A stretch of DNA of 64,000 bases from Camelus dromedarius (Eukaryota), in assembly GCF_036321535.1 (NCBI RefSeq), contig NC_087437.1:98210001-98274000 (forward strand). Reading direction: 5' to 3'. Positions within the stretch are counted from its first letter, which is position 1, and each line of letters opens with the position of its first letter. The position numbers and the translations under genes were made by a program. The notes under the pieces are model-generated. The model had not been told where the DNA came from, ran no database searches, and worked only from the letters and a program-made list of their open reading frames with translations. Of this stretch, positions 1 to 14,315 are shown piece by piece.

Positions 1-159
1 TCTTCTAAATAGGCACTTTACTGAGAACTTTCTAATGTCAAATCCTTACAATAGATTAACATATACCACACTACTCTTTTCTAATTTAAACTAGATATTC
101 ATTAGAATTAAGAAAAAACACACATGCACACATACTAGAAATTTCCCAATAAAGCTTAA

Positions 160-2810
160 AAGCAACCCTCAAAATAATCAGTCACATACTCTAGAAAAGT
201 AACTGTCTAACTTAACAAAATTCAACATTCTATTAACAAAAACTATAAAATCCAGACTGTAAGCTCAATAATGTCCATAATTCAATAAAAAATACTACTA
301 GATATGTAAGAAGATGAAAACAAAAATCAGTAAATAAGCACAGATCCCAAAATGAAAAAAAAAAATGGAATTTCCAGAGACTGTAAAGCAGTGTTTCAAA
401 ATGTATTGAAGGATTTAAAGCAAAACATATACGTAAAATAAGGAAACAAATAGAGAATCTCAACAAAGAAGTGAAAATTATTCTATAGGAAAGTTTGGCA
501 GATTAGACACTGGTAGAGAAAATATCAGTAAACTTAAAATCAAGGCATTAGAAACTATCTAAACAGAAGCAGTGGAATTGTTAGAGTTAACAGACACGGT
601 TAAAAAAGAAACCTATGCTTAATATCTTAGAAGATCTAGTGTAAAAGGTGGAAAACATTAACAAATAAATGGAAATTTCAGCAGAAAAATGGAAAATATA
701 AGAAAGAGTTGAAAGAAATGTTAGAAATAAAAATCAGTGGTAGTAATCATGAAGAATCACTTTGAGAGACTCATCTGTAGATTTGACATAGTCAAGAAAA
801 GAATCAGTGAGTCTAAAGATAAGTTAATAGAAATTACCCAAACTAAAACAAAAAGATTTTAAAAAAAAGAGTGGAAAAAGAAAAATAAAACAGATAGAGC
901 TTCAAAAAGTAGTGGGAAAATATCAAATAATCAAACAGAAGCATAACTGGAATCCCAGACGGGGAACACAAAGAATAGGGAGCAGGGTTAAAAAAAAACC
1001 CAAACTTAGGCACATCAGGTTCAAACGGCTGAACATTAAAAACAAAAAGAAACATAGAAGACAGACCAAGGCAGGACAAAGAGACAACTTACATACAAAG
1101 AAACAAAAGTAAAAAATTAGAGTAGAATTTTGACAGAAACTATGCAAACCAGACTACAGAGTGACAGAAAGAAAACAACTGTGAAGCCAGAAAAATAAGT
1201 TCATTGAAAATAACTTTCTAAAATAAGGATAAATCTTTTTTTAGATGAAGCAAAACTGAGAGAATTCATTAGTAACAGGCCAGAAGTATAAGAAATGTTA
1301 AAGGAAGTTCTTCAGCAAGAAGGAGTATGACATAAGACAAAAACTAAGATCCACAGGAAAAAAAAAAAGATTGTTTGATATTGTTAAAATAAAGGTAAAT
1401 ATAAAAGATTCTTAATCATACAGAAAAGGATAACTGATTGTCTAAAGCAGGAGTTGTCAAACTTTTTCTTTAAAGGATCAAATAGAAAGTATTTTTGGCT
1501 TTCTGGGCCAAAAGGTCTCTTGTTTCAATCACTGAATTATGCCCTTGCAGCATGAAAGCAGCCATAAACTATGTATAAATGAATGAATATGACCGGTCTG
1601 GGCCCAAGGGTTGTATTTTTCCAAGACCTAAAAATATATATGGCAACAATAGCCAAAAATTAAGAGGGATGAATTGTAAGTACACTGTTGTAAGTTTCTG
1701 ACATTATACATGCAGTGGTGTAGTATTACTTAAAGATAAACTGTGATTAATCAAAGATGTATATTTTAAACCCTAGGGTAACACTAAAAATAATTTAGTA
1801 AGAGGTATAAATAAAAAGCTAATAGTGGAGTTAAAATGGAATCAAAATAAATAATTCAAAAGCAGGCAGAAAAAGAAAAGTGGAAGGAAAAACAAGTGGA
1901 TACATAGAAAACAACTAGCAAGTTGGGCAGATCTTAATCAAACCACATACATATAGTTACACTCAGGGTAAAGGATCTAAGCATATCAATTAAAATATGG
2001 AGATGGTCAAGATGAATAATAAAGCAAGATCCAAATATATGCCATCTACAAGAAACACACTTTAGATATGAAGACATACAGAGGTTTAAAAAAAAGGAGA
2101 AAAACTTACTTTTCAAACACAGATCAAACACAGATCAAAAGAAACCTGGAGTGGCTGTATTAATAACGAAGTAGACAACAGAACTAGGGTGAAGGGGGAA
2201 ACTGCATAATAATGAAGATTTAGATTCACCAAGAAGATATAAAAATCCTAAATATACGTGTACTCAGCAATAGAGCCTCAAAATAGATGAAGTAAAAACT
2301 GATAGAACTGAAAGGAAAAATACACAAATCTACAACTATCAATGGAGTTTTCACCACAACTCTTTCAGTAATTGATAGAACAAGCAGACAGAAAATCACA
2401 AAGAATCAAGAAGGCCTCAGTTAACAATATCAACTGATTTAATCCAACAACAGCAGATTAAACATTGTCTTAGAGTGTATGGAACATTTAGCAAGATAGA
2501 CCAAATTCTTTGCCATAAAAAAACCTCAAGCAACTGACAATAACTGATGCCATCTAAAACGTCTTCTCCCATCATAACAGAATTAAACTGGACATTGAGC
2601 ACAGAAAGATATCTTTAAAACCCCCAAATATTTGGAGATTAAACAACATACTTCTGATCTGATGGGTCAATGAGCAAGTTTAGAACATTATTTTGAACTG
2701 AATGAAAATAAAAACAGAATTGATCAAAATGTATGGTAAGATGCTAAAATCAATGCTTGGGGGAAATGTGCAAAATGCTTATATTAGAAAAAAAGGAATG
2801 TTTTTAAATC
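160..2810 (+). mobile_element. Old, degraded L1 (L1M-type): ORF1 remnants, inter-ORF region and ORF2 endonuclease start
   Basis: A-rich sense strand. About 1957-2065 is a decayed match to the L1 ORF2 EN start (ITLNVNGLN...IKKQDPTICCLQETH). Many stops and frameshifts. Boundaries approximate. Confidence 0.85.
1448..1628. mobile_element. MER58A-like hAT-Charlie MITE nested in the old L1
   Basis: caggagttgtcaaactttttct...gcagccataaac...aatgaatg matches recalled MER58 consensus. Confidence 0.7.
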
Positions 2811-3238
2811 AGCTAGGAACAATAACCCTTAAAACCTGTTCTCTCTTCCTGTTCATCAGAGTGAACTATCTTAAGGAAAATACGTAAATCTAACAGATAG
2901 GTTTTACAACCACATGCATGTGCATTTTGATGCCAGACATTATAATCAATTAAGATGAATTCCTAGAACATCTGGTCACCAGCCAGGCATCCCATTTTGG
3001 AAATACCACTTTAAGCATTAAATGTAACTGCTTTCAATAACATTTTACCTCCTTCTTTGAAAGCAAAAATGTCTGTTTCAAAACTATAGTTTTGTAATTT
3101 GAATAAAAGTTTATTGTTTACTATTTATTATTCTTTCAGATCAAGATAAAAAAGGTGAAACACGTAATAAGAAGAATATAATTAATATGTATATTATAAA
3201 TTGATAAAGATATAATTATAATTAATGTGTCTTCAACT

Positions 3239-3351
3239 TAGTGTGACCCACAATTCCTGTTGCCTGAGACTAAAAGGATTCTGTAGGCATGGGACTTTCA
3301 ATGCTAAAACTGGGAAAATCCTGAGGAAAGCAAGACAAACTTGGCACCCTA
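3239..3351. mobile_element. MER81-like hAT-Blackjack MITE with perfect 8-bp TSD
   Basis: Termini tagtgtgacc...ggcacccta. cttcaact is repeated at 3231-3238 and 3352-3359. Confidence 0.85.
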
Positions 3352-4501
3352 CTTCAACTATGCTCAAGACATGTTTATTTTCAAGACATCTAAAAGAATA
3401 ATTGAACTAGACGTATGTGTCGTAAACCACAGCGATGTATTTTAACAATTAAAAAAATAAAACTATCGCATCCCTAACAACAAAGTAATTCAATGTTTGT
3501 CTTAAAACGTATGTTAAATTGAATTTGGTTTTTAAATTTTTTTGCTTACTGTTATGAGATCTATGTGTTTGTTGATAAATCCACAGGTTATGCTTCATGA
3601 CCTCAATCCTGGGCCCACTGATCATTCCTAGACTGTCTCTGTGCATTTGCCATCTTTTCAGTTTCTTTCTCTCTCTTTTTTTTTTTTGCAGAGCTACTAC
3701 CACTTTTTGTATTTCTTAGCATTACTGGCCAAGATTCCTGGCCAAAATATACCTGGAATAATCAGTTCTGCTTGCCTCAGCTTCTCAGATGTGTTACAAA
3801 GTTAAACCGAGGTTAGGCCACTACTGACCAGCCTTTTTCCTTTTCTCCTTTTTAGATGGAGTAGCCAGTGCAGTTGTTCTCAACTGAGGGATGAGTGCTT
3901 GCGGGTAGCGTGTAAGACTGCGTGGGGGTGGGCTTTGGGGAATATACCACAGCCAGCAACTGGGCTTCTACAAATGACACAAACTCCCACTCCTGAAGAC
4001 TCTAATTCCTGGAGAACTGCATTTGAAAGTCGCAAAGAATAATTTAAAAAGGTCTCGTAATTGATTCTGCTGTATCGATCCCTAACTTCCCAAGCTCTAC
4101 CAACCTACACACAAACACATGTGCATGGGCAGACACCCCCTCCCCACTGGAATCCTGATATACACCAATTATTTATTTCATTTCTGCTAGTAGGTTAGGA
4201 GGTTCTCCAAGCTTTTTTCTTTCCCATTCTGCCTCCTTCACACCCACTGCCTACAAACACACATATACACACTCAGTTAGCATGCAGGCATTTCTCTTTG
4301 GCCAGCAAAACAATAGTGAAGTAGCTGGCAATTCAAGTGAGAGTGGGTTGATCTTAGAACTCTACCATCCAAGTGGTCCCTGTGCAGTCTAACATAGCTC
4401 TGAAGAGAAATTATGCCATGTTAATCCTACTATTAACTTAGAATAATCCCAAGAGGTAATTACTGTTGTCAGCATAACTTTATAGAAGGGAAAAGTGAGT
4501 T

Positions 4502-4695
4502 ACAGACACAGAGAGTAGAAAGGTGGTTACCAGGAGCTGAGGAGAGGGGATAGTGGGAAGTTATAATTTAGTGGGTACAGAGCTTCAGTTTGGGTGATGA
4601 AATAATTCTGCAGCTGGATAGTGGTGATGGTTGCACAAAAATGTGAATGTATTAACGCTGCTGAACTGTATACTTAAAACGGTTAAAATGCTAAC
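4502..4695 (+). mobile_element. L1 3' end fragment (L1MB/MC-like)
   Basis: agtagaaaggtggttaccagg...ggatagtggtgatggttgcaca...gaactgtatacttaaaacggttaaaatg. Confidence 0.8.
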
Positions 4696-4877
4696 AAATA
4701 ATAATGATAGTATTGAATGCAAACAATTATTTCAAATCTTAGTTTGGCTATCATGTTTTTCAAAGTAAAACTATATACACTCTTTAAAAAAATCATCTAA
4801 TTTAAAAACATTCTACAATCAGTTCTACCCATCACAAACATTTATTCTTAGGTAATCTGAAAAATTATATTACTACA

Positions 4878-5105
4878 GGATTGAGCCCCTAGTCAGACTA
4901 CCTGGATTGAATTCTTACTTCACCACTTTCCAGCTGTGAGGTTGGACAAGCCTCCTAACTTCTCAGTATCTCACTTTACCCTTCTATAAAGTGATCCTGA
5001 TAACAGTAATTACTTCTTAGGATTATTGTGAGTTAATGTATGGGTTAATATATATTATACACTTTGAGAAGTTTCTGCACATAGTAAATATTCACTAAAT
5101 GTTGG
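4878..5105 (+). mobile_element. MIR SINE
   Basis: MIR core agctgtgaggttggacaagcctcctaacttctcagtatctcacttt and 3' end cacatagtaaatattcactaaatgtt. Confidence 0.75.
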
Positions 5106-6360
5106 CCAATACTTTTTGTAATGGTGTAACAAAAAAACGTTAATTTTTTCACTATGTAAAACATTTTTATGCTGATAAAGGATGGATATTTTTTAAATAA
5201 AATATAAGAAAAAATTTTGATAACCAATGAAGAGAATATACTAAAGAATTTGCAAAATAAATAAATAAATAAAACTCTTCCAGCTGTGTACATTTAAAGT
5301 TTTATAAATGATTTATTTTGCCATTGTATAATGATTCTACAACTCAGTAATAATGTTTATGTATGTATGTCCTCTAAGCAGTAGACCATGTGCAATAACA
5401 AACAGCCTTTGACACTTTTCATTTGCAGACTATTAATGGGCAACAACTTTAAACGCTATTTATTTATGTTTAAAATTTAATGAAGATGTGAATAATTTTA
5501 AATTTTTGCTATATATACAAAAAAGGAATATTAGACTTGAAACATTATTTGCCATTCATTTCCTAGAAGTTTATCGAATGGAATTTATCACAAAATATTT
5601 ATCAAAACATGAATGAACTTTAATAATGAATATTAGGAGTGGCCATTACCTATCAAAATCATCACTTATCACAAAGAAGAAAATACTATATTATAATTCC
5701 TATTTTTCTTTTCATTAATCTTATTCAGGGCTCCAGCCTTCCAATGAACTGACACTAACTAATTGTTCACTGTCCATACCAGAATTTTCTCCAACTGTTG
5801 ACAAACCAATCACGAGCATGCACAGCAGGGAATGGGACCATTTCTTCTACTAATCTTTCAGACAATTTCTCCTACATATCTTGGCAGGAAGCCTGTAACA
5901 GTTTGAACAGTGTTGTGCACAATAGGTGTAGTGCAGCCAAAACTCGTTAAGTGCCTTTGTCTCATGCAACTTGTGAAATACCGTGTTGCACCCCGGAAGA
6001 GCAATGCCTCCAAATGATATGTGAACATTAAGATCACCAGAAACCATTAATTTACTAGTCAACTTTCATCTCTCAGAAGCATTTAGACAATGTCCTAGGG
6101 AATGATCTACCTATCACCAAATACAAATGCAATTTTAGTAATTGTTTTCCAGGTACTTCAGACACATGTTAAGAAAGTGTTCTAGAATATACTTACTAAT
6201 TAATTTGTTACAGAAATAGACTTTTAATTTAAATGTAACTCATTCTATACATTTTTTTCCAGGTGGGATCAGGGTCTTCATAGCATTCCAGATTTCTTAA
6301 AAGACTACTTTCTCTTAGAGAATTAAGAAAAGCCTCCTTCAATTTTTTGTTTCACCTTAT

Positions 6361-8588
6361 TTTTTTTTAATTGAAGTATAATTGAGTTACAGTATTACAT
6401 TAGTTTCAGGTGTACAACATAGTGTATTGGTATTTTTATACATTATGAAATGATCACCACCATACGACTAGTTACAATCTGTCATTATACAAAGTTATTA
6501 TCATGTTATTGTCTATATTCCCTCTACATCCCCAAGACTTATTTTATAACTTGAAGTTTTTACTTCCTAATCCCCTTCCCCTATTTCACCCACCCCTCTG
6601 GCAACCACCAGTATGTTCTCTGTATCTAGGAGTCTGTTTCTGCTTTATTATGTTTGTTCATTTGTTTTGTTTTTTTAGAATCCAAATATAAGTGAAATCA
6701 TACAGTGATCTGCCTTTCCCTGTCTGACATCTGACTTATTTCACTTAGCCTAATACCCTCTGGGTCCATCCATGTTTGTGACAAATGGCAAAATTCAATC
6801 TTAATTACAGCTGAATAGCATTCCATTGTGCATGTGTATACATACATATATATGTATATACACACCACATCTCCTTCATTCATCTATTGATGGACACTTC
6901 AGTGTCCATATTAGCTAATATAAATAATGCTGCAATGAACAGAGGTGTGTATATCTTTTCAAATTAGTGTTTTCATTTTCTTTGGATAAATACCCAAAAG
7001 TGGAATTGCTGAATCAGATTGTATGGTAGTTCTATTTGTGATGTTTTTGAGGAACGTTCACATTTTTTCCATAGTAGCTGCAAAATTTACATTCCACCAA
7101 CAGTACATGAGGGTTCTTTTTTCTCCACATCCTCATCAACACATTATTATCTTTTTGATAGTAGCCATTCTGAAAGATATGATGTAATATCTCACTGTGG
7201 TTTTGATTTGCATTTCCATGATGATTAGTGATACTGAGCATTTTTTCATGTGCCTCTTGGTCATCTGTATGTCTTCCTTAGACAAAATGTCTACTCATGT
7301 CCTCTGCCCATTTTTTAATCAGATTGTTTTTTGATATTGAGTTGTATGAGTTCTTAATAGATTTTTGATATTAATTCCTTATGAAACATATCATTTGCAA
7401 ACATCTTCTCCCGTTTAGTAGGTTGCCTTTTTGTTGATCTCTTGATAGTTTCCTTCACTGTGTGAGAGCCCTTTAGTTTAATGTAGTCTCATTTGTTTAG
7501 TATTGGTGTTGTTGCCTTTGCCTGAGAAGACAGATCCAAAAAATATATATGTTTTGCTAAGACCAATGTCAAAGAGTGGACTGCCTATGTTTTTCCTGGG
7601 AATTTTATGGTTTCAGACCTTACATTTAAGTATTTAATCTATTTTGAGTTTATCTTTGTACACGTTATGAGAAAGTAGTCCAGTTTTATTATTTTGCACC
7701 TAGCTGTCCAGTTTTCCCAACACCATTTATTGAAAAGACTGTCTTTTTTCCATTGACTCTCCTTGCCTTTTTTGTCATAGATCAATAGACCACATGTGTG
7801 TGGTTTTATTTCTGGGCTCCCTGTTGTCTGTTTTTGTGCAAGTAGCATGCTGTTTTGATTACTATAACTTTGTAGTGTGGTTTGAAACCAGGGAGTGTGA
7901 AACCTCCAGTTTTGTCCTTCTTTCTGAAAATCATTTGGAATGTTTGGGTTCTTTTGTGGTTTCATTCAAATTTTAGGATTATTCTAGTTCTGTAGAGAAT
8001 GTCATGGGTGTTTTGATAGAGATTGCACTGAATCTGTATATTGCTTTTGCGAGTATGGACACTTTAACAATATTAATTCTTCCAATCCATGAGTATAGTA
8101 TATCTCCATTTATTTGTGCCATCTTCAGTTTCTTTCATCAATATGTAATAGTTTTCAGAATATAAGTCTTTAACCTCCTTAGTTAAATTTATTCCTAGGT
8201 ATTTTATTCTTTTGATTCAATTATAAATGATATTTCCCTCATTTCTTTTTTTTTTATAGTTTGTTATTAGTGTATAGAAACATAACAGATTTCTGTATAT
8301 GAATTTCATATCCTTCAACTTAACTGAATTTATTTATTAGTTCTAATAGTTTTTTTGGTGGACTCTTTAGGGTTTTCTATATATAGTATCATGTCATCTG
8401 TAAACAGTGACAGTTTTACATCTTCCTTTCAAGTTTGGGTGCTTCCCCCTCCCCCTTTTTCTTGTTTTATTGCCATGGCTAGGACTTCCAAAAGTATGTT
8501 GAATAAGAGTAGCAAGAGTGGGCATCCTTGTCTTGCTCCTGATCTTAGGGGGAAAGCTTTTAGCTTTTTACCATTGAGTATGATGTTA
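6361..8588 (-). mobile_element. L1 3' portion (RT C-terminal part, 3'UTR, poly(A)); non-inverted arm of a twin-primed insertion
   Basis: Poly-T at about 6360. ORF2 remnants in ORF 7639-7965 ([13 protein letters not shown]). About 8520-8588 on the - strand reads [24 protein letters not shown]. Confidence 0.95.
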
Positions 8589-10014
8589 AAAGTTTAAAAG
8601 ACAAAAGTAGTGAATCAACTACAACTACAATAAGTAGTTAAGAAATGCAAAAAATGAAAAGATGTAAAACATGACATCAAAGCATAAAATATAGTAGGGG
8701 AGTAAGAGTAAGAATGTAGTTTGTCAGGATGCATTCAAACTTAAGCAACTATTGGTTTAAAATAAACTGCTCTCTATATAGGAGAACATAATGCAATAGA
8801 TGCTCAAAAAAATAAAGGAAAAGGAACCCAAACATAACACTAAAAATCATCAAACCACAGGGGAAGAGACCAAGAGAAGAGACAGGAACTCAGAATAACC
8901 ACAAAAACAATCAGAAAACAATTAACAAAAGGCAATAAGTACATACCTATCAATAATCACTTAAAATGTAAATGGATGAAATGCTCCAAACAAAAGACAT
9001 AGGGTGGCTGAATGGATGAAAAAACAAGACCCATATATGTGCTTCCTATAAGAAAGTCACTTCAGATCTAAAGACACACACAGATTGAAAGTGAAGGAAT
9101 AGAAAAAGATGTTCCATGCAAATGGACATGAAAAGAAAGCTGGGGTAGCATTACTCGTATCAGACAAAATATACTTTAAAACAAAGCCTTTAAAAAGAAA
9201 AAAAAAAAGAAGATCATTACATAATTTTAAAGGAGTCAATCTAAGAGGAAAATATAATATTCATAAATATTCATAAATATTTATGCACCCAATTTAGGAG
9301 TACCTAAATACATAAAGCAAATATTATCAGACATAAAGGGAGAAATGGATAATAATACAATAATAGTAGAGGACTTTAATACCCCGCTTATATCAATAGA
9401 TCACCCAGACAGAAAATTAATAAGGAAACACTGGTCTTAAAAACTCATTATATCAGAATAACCTAATACAGATAGTTAGATAGATAGATAGATAGATAGT
9501 TATCTCTATACATAGAGAAGGAACATTCAATCCAAAAACTGCAGAACCCATTTTTTTTTCAAGTGCACATGAAACATTCTCTAGAACAGATTACATTAGG
9601 CCCCAAAACAAGAATCAATAAATTTAAGAAGATTGACATACCAAGGATCTTTTCCAAACACAACAGTATGAAATTAGAAATCAAATACAAGAAGAAAAAT
9701 GGAAAAAACACAAACATGTGGAGGCAAAATAACATGCTACTAAACAACTAATGAGTCACTGAAGAAAACAAAGAGAAAGTCAAAAATACCTTGAGATGAG
9801 TGAAAATGGAAACAAAACTTTCCAAAATCCATAGGATGCAGCAAAAATGTTCCAAGAGGGAAGTACATAGTGATACAGGCTTACCTCAAGAAATAAGAAA
9901 AATCTCAAATAAACAATATTTTACACTTAAAGGAACTAGAAAAAGAAGAACAAGCAAACCCAAAGTTAGTAGAAGAAAGGAAATAATGTCAGATTGTAAG
10001 TAAATGTAATAGAG
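8589..10014 (+). mobile_element. L1 inter-ORF and ORF2 endonuclease segment, inverted relative to 6361-8588
   Basis: EN start at about 8957 (aatgtaaatggatgaaatgctcc). ORFs 9563-9751 and 9800-10003 (SRRKEI). Internal (GATA)n at about 9478-9499. Confidence 0.93.
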
Positions 10015-11329
10015 TTCTACCTTCTATTAATTTATGTCTGTTGCCAGGTCCACATTTCACTTTGTTTCTTGTGCTATCATTTCACATGTATCTTTCCATG
10101 TTAAAGTCTACTCCTAGAATGTCTTTATTATCTCAAAAAGCCTACTATCAGTTATTTCCATCTCTTTCCAACTTCTCTTGAAAATGCACCCTATCAATGA
10201 ATTATCTCTGACTAGCAAGAAAGCAAAGTGAACTCTAACCCCGCCTTTAACCTCCTGTAACCCCCCTTTGTTAAACATTCTCAGTTAATACTTGATACCA
10301 CAAAATACAGTTATCACTTTCCTGTTCCACATGTAAATATATTCATTATTTAAACTTAACAGTGTAAAATCATGCTTACTGCTTTTTTTTCTTAGATTAT
10401 AAGCCTAAAGCTATCAGGTTCTTTGTCTGACTTGGCACGGAATCTAAATAATCACCATATAGCAAGAGGCATTTAACAAGCAATGTGCAAATCATTCATT
10501 ATCTACAAAATTTAATAAACATAATAGCCAACCTGGTTAAATGAAATACTAAAGAATTAATTTCCACAACATAAGTAATTTCCTTAACTTAATATTCTAA
10601 CCTCCTTATTGTCTATCTTTACCTGAGACACATCCCTGATTGATAAGTGAGCAATCCTTTATCTTTCAATGACACAGTCAAATAAACTACATGATAACCT
10701 GAACAACAAGGCAAAAATTGATCTTTAAAGCTGGCCCCAAGCCCCCAAATCAACAAAAAATAGATCAGTTTAGTCATTAACGGTGGACAAGGCCATCACA
10801 GCCAGGTCAAAAATTCAACTGCATTTGATCTAATGATCAAGAGGCCACTTTTTCCTCTTACCAATTGCTAAATTCTATTCATTCAGCAACTCAATTTTTA
10901 AAAATATTTTAAGGCAATGACAATGATAATATAGCATCTACTGATTTGGAAAATAAGTCCAATTTAGAAAGTAGCTATAACACAAACACTTTTGCATTGG
11001 CTTTGTTTTTGATAGTGGTCTAAGACATAAAAGCATATTTTACAAGTGTAAAGTCCTCATATTTTCAGCAACACCACAAAAGAAAATAATGCCTCCTTAT
11101 TTGCTGATAGACAATATTAAAAGAGAAGGCAAATAAAATGATTTGTACAAGCAATTGAGTCCATCAGAATGATAGGTCATTCGCTACAACGGTTATTTTT
11201 GGAGAGCTGAACATGGCAATATTATAAGGTCAGTCTTATTCAGATTTTGTGACTGATGATTCAGAAAAAGTCAGGCCAGTAACAAATGTAGGCTTGGAAC
11301 AACTTCTCAAAAGTTAGGTGCTCTGAGAA

Positions 11330-11959
11330 TTTTGTAGCAATTGTAACTTTTTATTATTTAAAAAATGTTTTCAAAGCCCTCATAAAGAAGGTTGGAAAAA
11401 GTATGAAACCTCAGATGAATGTTTGCCCTTCAAAAATCAAAAATTAGACAAAACAATCAAATAAAAACCTGGCGAAAAGACACTATAGCACAAAACTAAA
11501 ACATGATGACTAAGGGTTGATTCTGAAGCCAGACTGCCTGGGGTCAAAGCCCTAGCTGAGTAATTAGGAAGAGTTTCTTAACCTGACTTGCCTCCTTTCT
11601 CTCAAGAGACAAACAGGGTACCTACCTCAAAGGCTTCTGTGTTAATATAGGTACAGCACTTAAAACAGTGCTGGGCACATAGGAAATACTATATGTGATG
11701 ATGATGATGATAATGATGATGCCAACGGCAACCTATAAGCTTTCATGTCATAGTGCATTTTCTAAAATTCATCACCAGATTCGTTCGTGAGTGTTTCTTT
11801 CGTAGAGATTCTTTGTGCTTATGCCAAAAGAGATAGGTAGCTGCTTGTTTTCTGATATTCTTTATAAGGTGAGACCTATTCCAATAAAGCATTCTTTTTA
11901 GAAGACCAGTTGACATTCCTCAACATGGGAGTCCTCCAGGGAAAATAATGGTCTTTGAC
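11330..11959 (-). other. Candidate terminal exon of the same putative - strand transcript
   Basis: Acceptor tttctttttttttctccaattttag|GTCAAAG at 11959. AATAAA on the - strand at 11350-11355. All three frames stop within about 30 codons. Confidence 0.25.
11510..11696 (+). mobile_element. MIR SINE followed by a (GAT)n tract at about 11697-11720
   Basis: gccagactgcctggggtcaaagccctagc...acagtgctgggcacatagg. Confidence 0.7.
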
Positions 11960-14315
11960 CTAAAATTGGAGAAAAAAAAAGAAATTCAAAATATTAAAAG
12001 TGCTATGAAGACAAGTCTGGAAAAAGTTGCAAAAGATAAAAACTACTTTTAATGTAGTAATTATTGTCTGAAATGAGTGCCAATTAAAGATCACAGGAAC
12101 CTACAAAAGACTACGAGTATTCGATTATATATTACTAATTTGGTTAAATAGGGATGGCAGTATTTGTATGCATACTGTACAAAGAGAATAGATTGTAAAT
12201 ATATTTCCATATCTATATTACCCATTTTACTGTTGCATGTCTGATGAACAAGGGAGTTCCACTCTTTATTACTAGCCTGCAGGACTGGCATTTGCTTTAC
12301 AAAGGAATTGTCAATACAGGAAAGGGGAGCTCTCAGAAGTTATCCACCCTACTAGTCAGCTCATTTACCACTGGCACGTGGATTAAAAAATTACCCAACA
12401 TGAAATCAGAAGTTGATATTAGATAGTTTTAAACACTATAGGCATGAGATATAAAATGGTCAATTAGCAGTGTCCTGGAAACAAATGTGTTTTGAACAAG
12501 AAAACATTTCAAAATCATTTTTACTGTGTCCTAATGTTTCAAGCACTTTGCCCAAATACTCCTACCATGTAAATACTCCCCCTCTGGGATGGACTGTTCA
12601 AGGATATTTCAAAATATCATTTTGAGAAACACATTTCTGTTTTTCCCTAATATTACAAGCTTTGCTTTCCAAGATCTTTGACAACAAGTGCTAATAAAGT
12701 AGTTATTATTACAACTGGCTACCATTTATGTATATTTAACACTAAGTATTAGAGAACATAGTGATGAGATATAGAATGTACTGTCATCATTATTAATTTT
12801 CCATTCTTTTCTGGAGGGTCTATTACCATTAGGAAATATTAGTTGCAAAAATCACACTACTCTCTAGCACCACGTGTGCTGTAGCTTTCTAGAAATACCA
12901 AATGCTACAAGCCTCCTGGGGATGAGAACAGTTTTGCAAACATGGATGAGTGTTTTATTTTGTGCCTTTTCACTCAACAGTCCTCAATAGAACCACTTCT
13001 GCACTGATTATTTCTGATGCTATTCTATTTTGACATGGTTTCTCTGACCAAAATTAATGTTGAAAAAAATCACAAAGACAAGGAAAATGTTATCTGCTCC
13101 CATAACACATTATTTAATAGCATTTTTTTCCCAAGGGACAGGCCAATTATTTTTCCTTCTGGAATATTTTTCTTATGAAAAATTATTTTAGATATGTAGA
13201 GATATTGTTTCACAAATAATGGGATTTCTGTGAAGATATTAAGTTATCTATATGATGACCACTATTTCAGATTTTGCAGGTATTTTGGAATCCTACTTTG
13301 AAGAGAAATTCAAAAGAAGAGAACATTATGGCCAGGAATACTCTAGAAACATGGAAACTGAAGCAATTATCTCCTACAGACAGCCTCAAAAAGAAATCAC
13401 CTTCACTCAGTTCTCCAGATAACTTATGTAAGAATGATATTTGGGGTTTGATTCAACTAGAAAACCTTCACCTTTCCTTCAGCTATTTGATTATATATAC
13501 TTGACCTTAGATATCACAGAAGAAATACAGACCTTAGGTAAATGAAACTGAATTAACACATGACCATCTAATGTTTCCAATTCTAATGATTTCTTGGGCA
13601 ATTAGATTTTACTTCATGTTACTTCACTGTTGATAAGAAAAATAATTATTAGTGATATATTAAAAAAATACCTTTAAAATCATGTATCTGACAGTTTAAA
13701 GTAAAGTTTATGCTATGTAAGTTCAAATTTTACTGCCTTTTTAATAATTTGTAAATCATGTTGACACTTTTAAGAAAAATGTCCATATTATCTAAGTCCA
13801 AATTTTATTGCTTTATTATTTCTATTATGTATTTTGGAAATGGAAATCTTTTGACCTTAAATAACCATGTAATAAAATAAAGTAGTAAAAGAAATTGAAA
13901 AGCCATGCATCTGACTCTTTATTTCAAACCATTAAGATGAAAGTCAGAAAAAAATGATGACTTACATTCATAACCAATAGAAAAAGGAAAAAAACCCTCT
14001 TTATACTGAAAGTGTATAGCTAGATCAGTATGAATAAAAATGAGTAAGTTCTGGTTGGTCAAGATAATGGGTAGTTATTGTTATACTGATATTTTAAATA
14101 GCTTAACCCAGGTGGCACTACCTTTCTTTGTTTTATGTGAGAAATTACTTGGCTATTTACTAAACTTATTTATCAAAAGAATAGTTATTATTCTGGGAAC
14201 ACTAAAAAAAATGTATATAGAAAAAAAGGAAAAGATAATGTCCTCCACCTTTGAAATCTTACAACATTTTAATGCTAAAAATGATCTGCTTTTTCTGTCA
14301 GTGATAACAAATACA

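Noticed and set aside
13280..13427. + strand 148-nt exon candidate
   Set aside because: The donor is weak (TAT|gtaaga), the tract is short and the peptide is unrecognisable.
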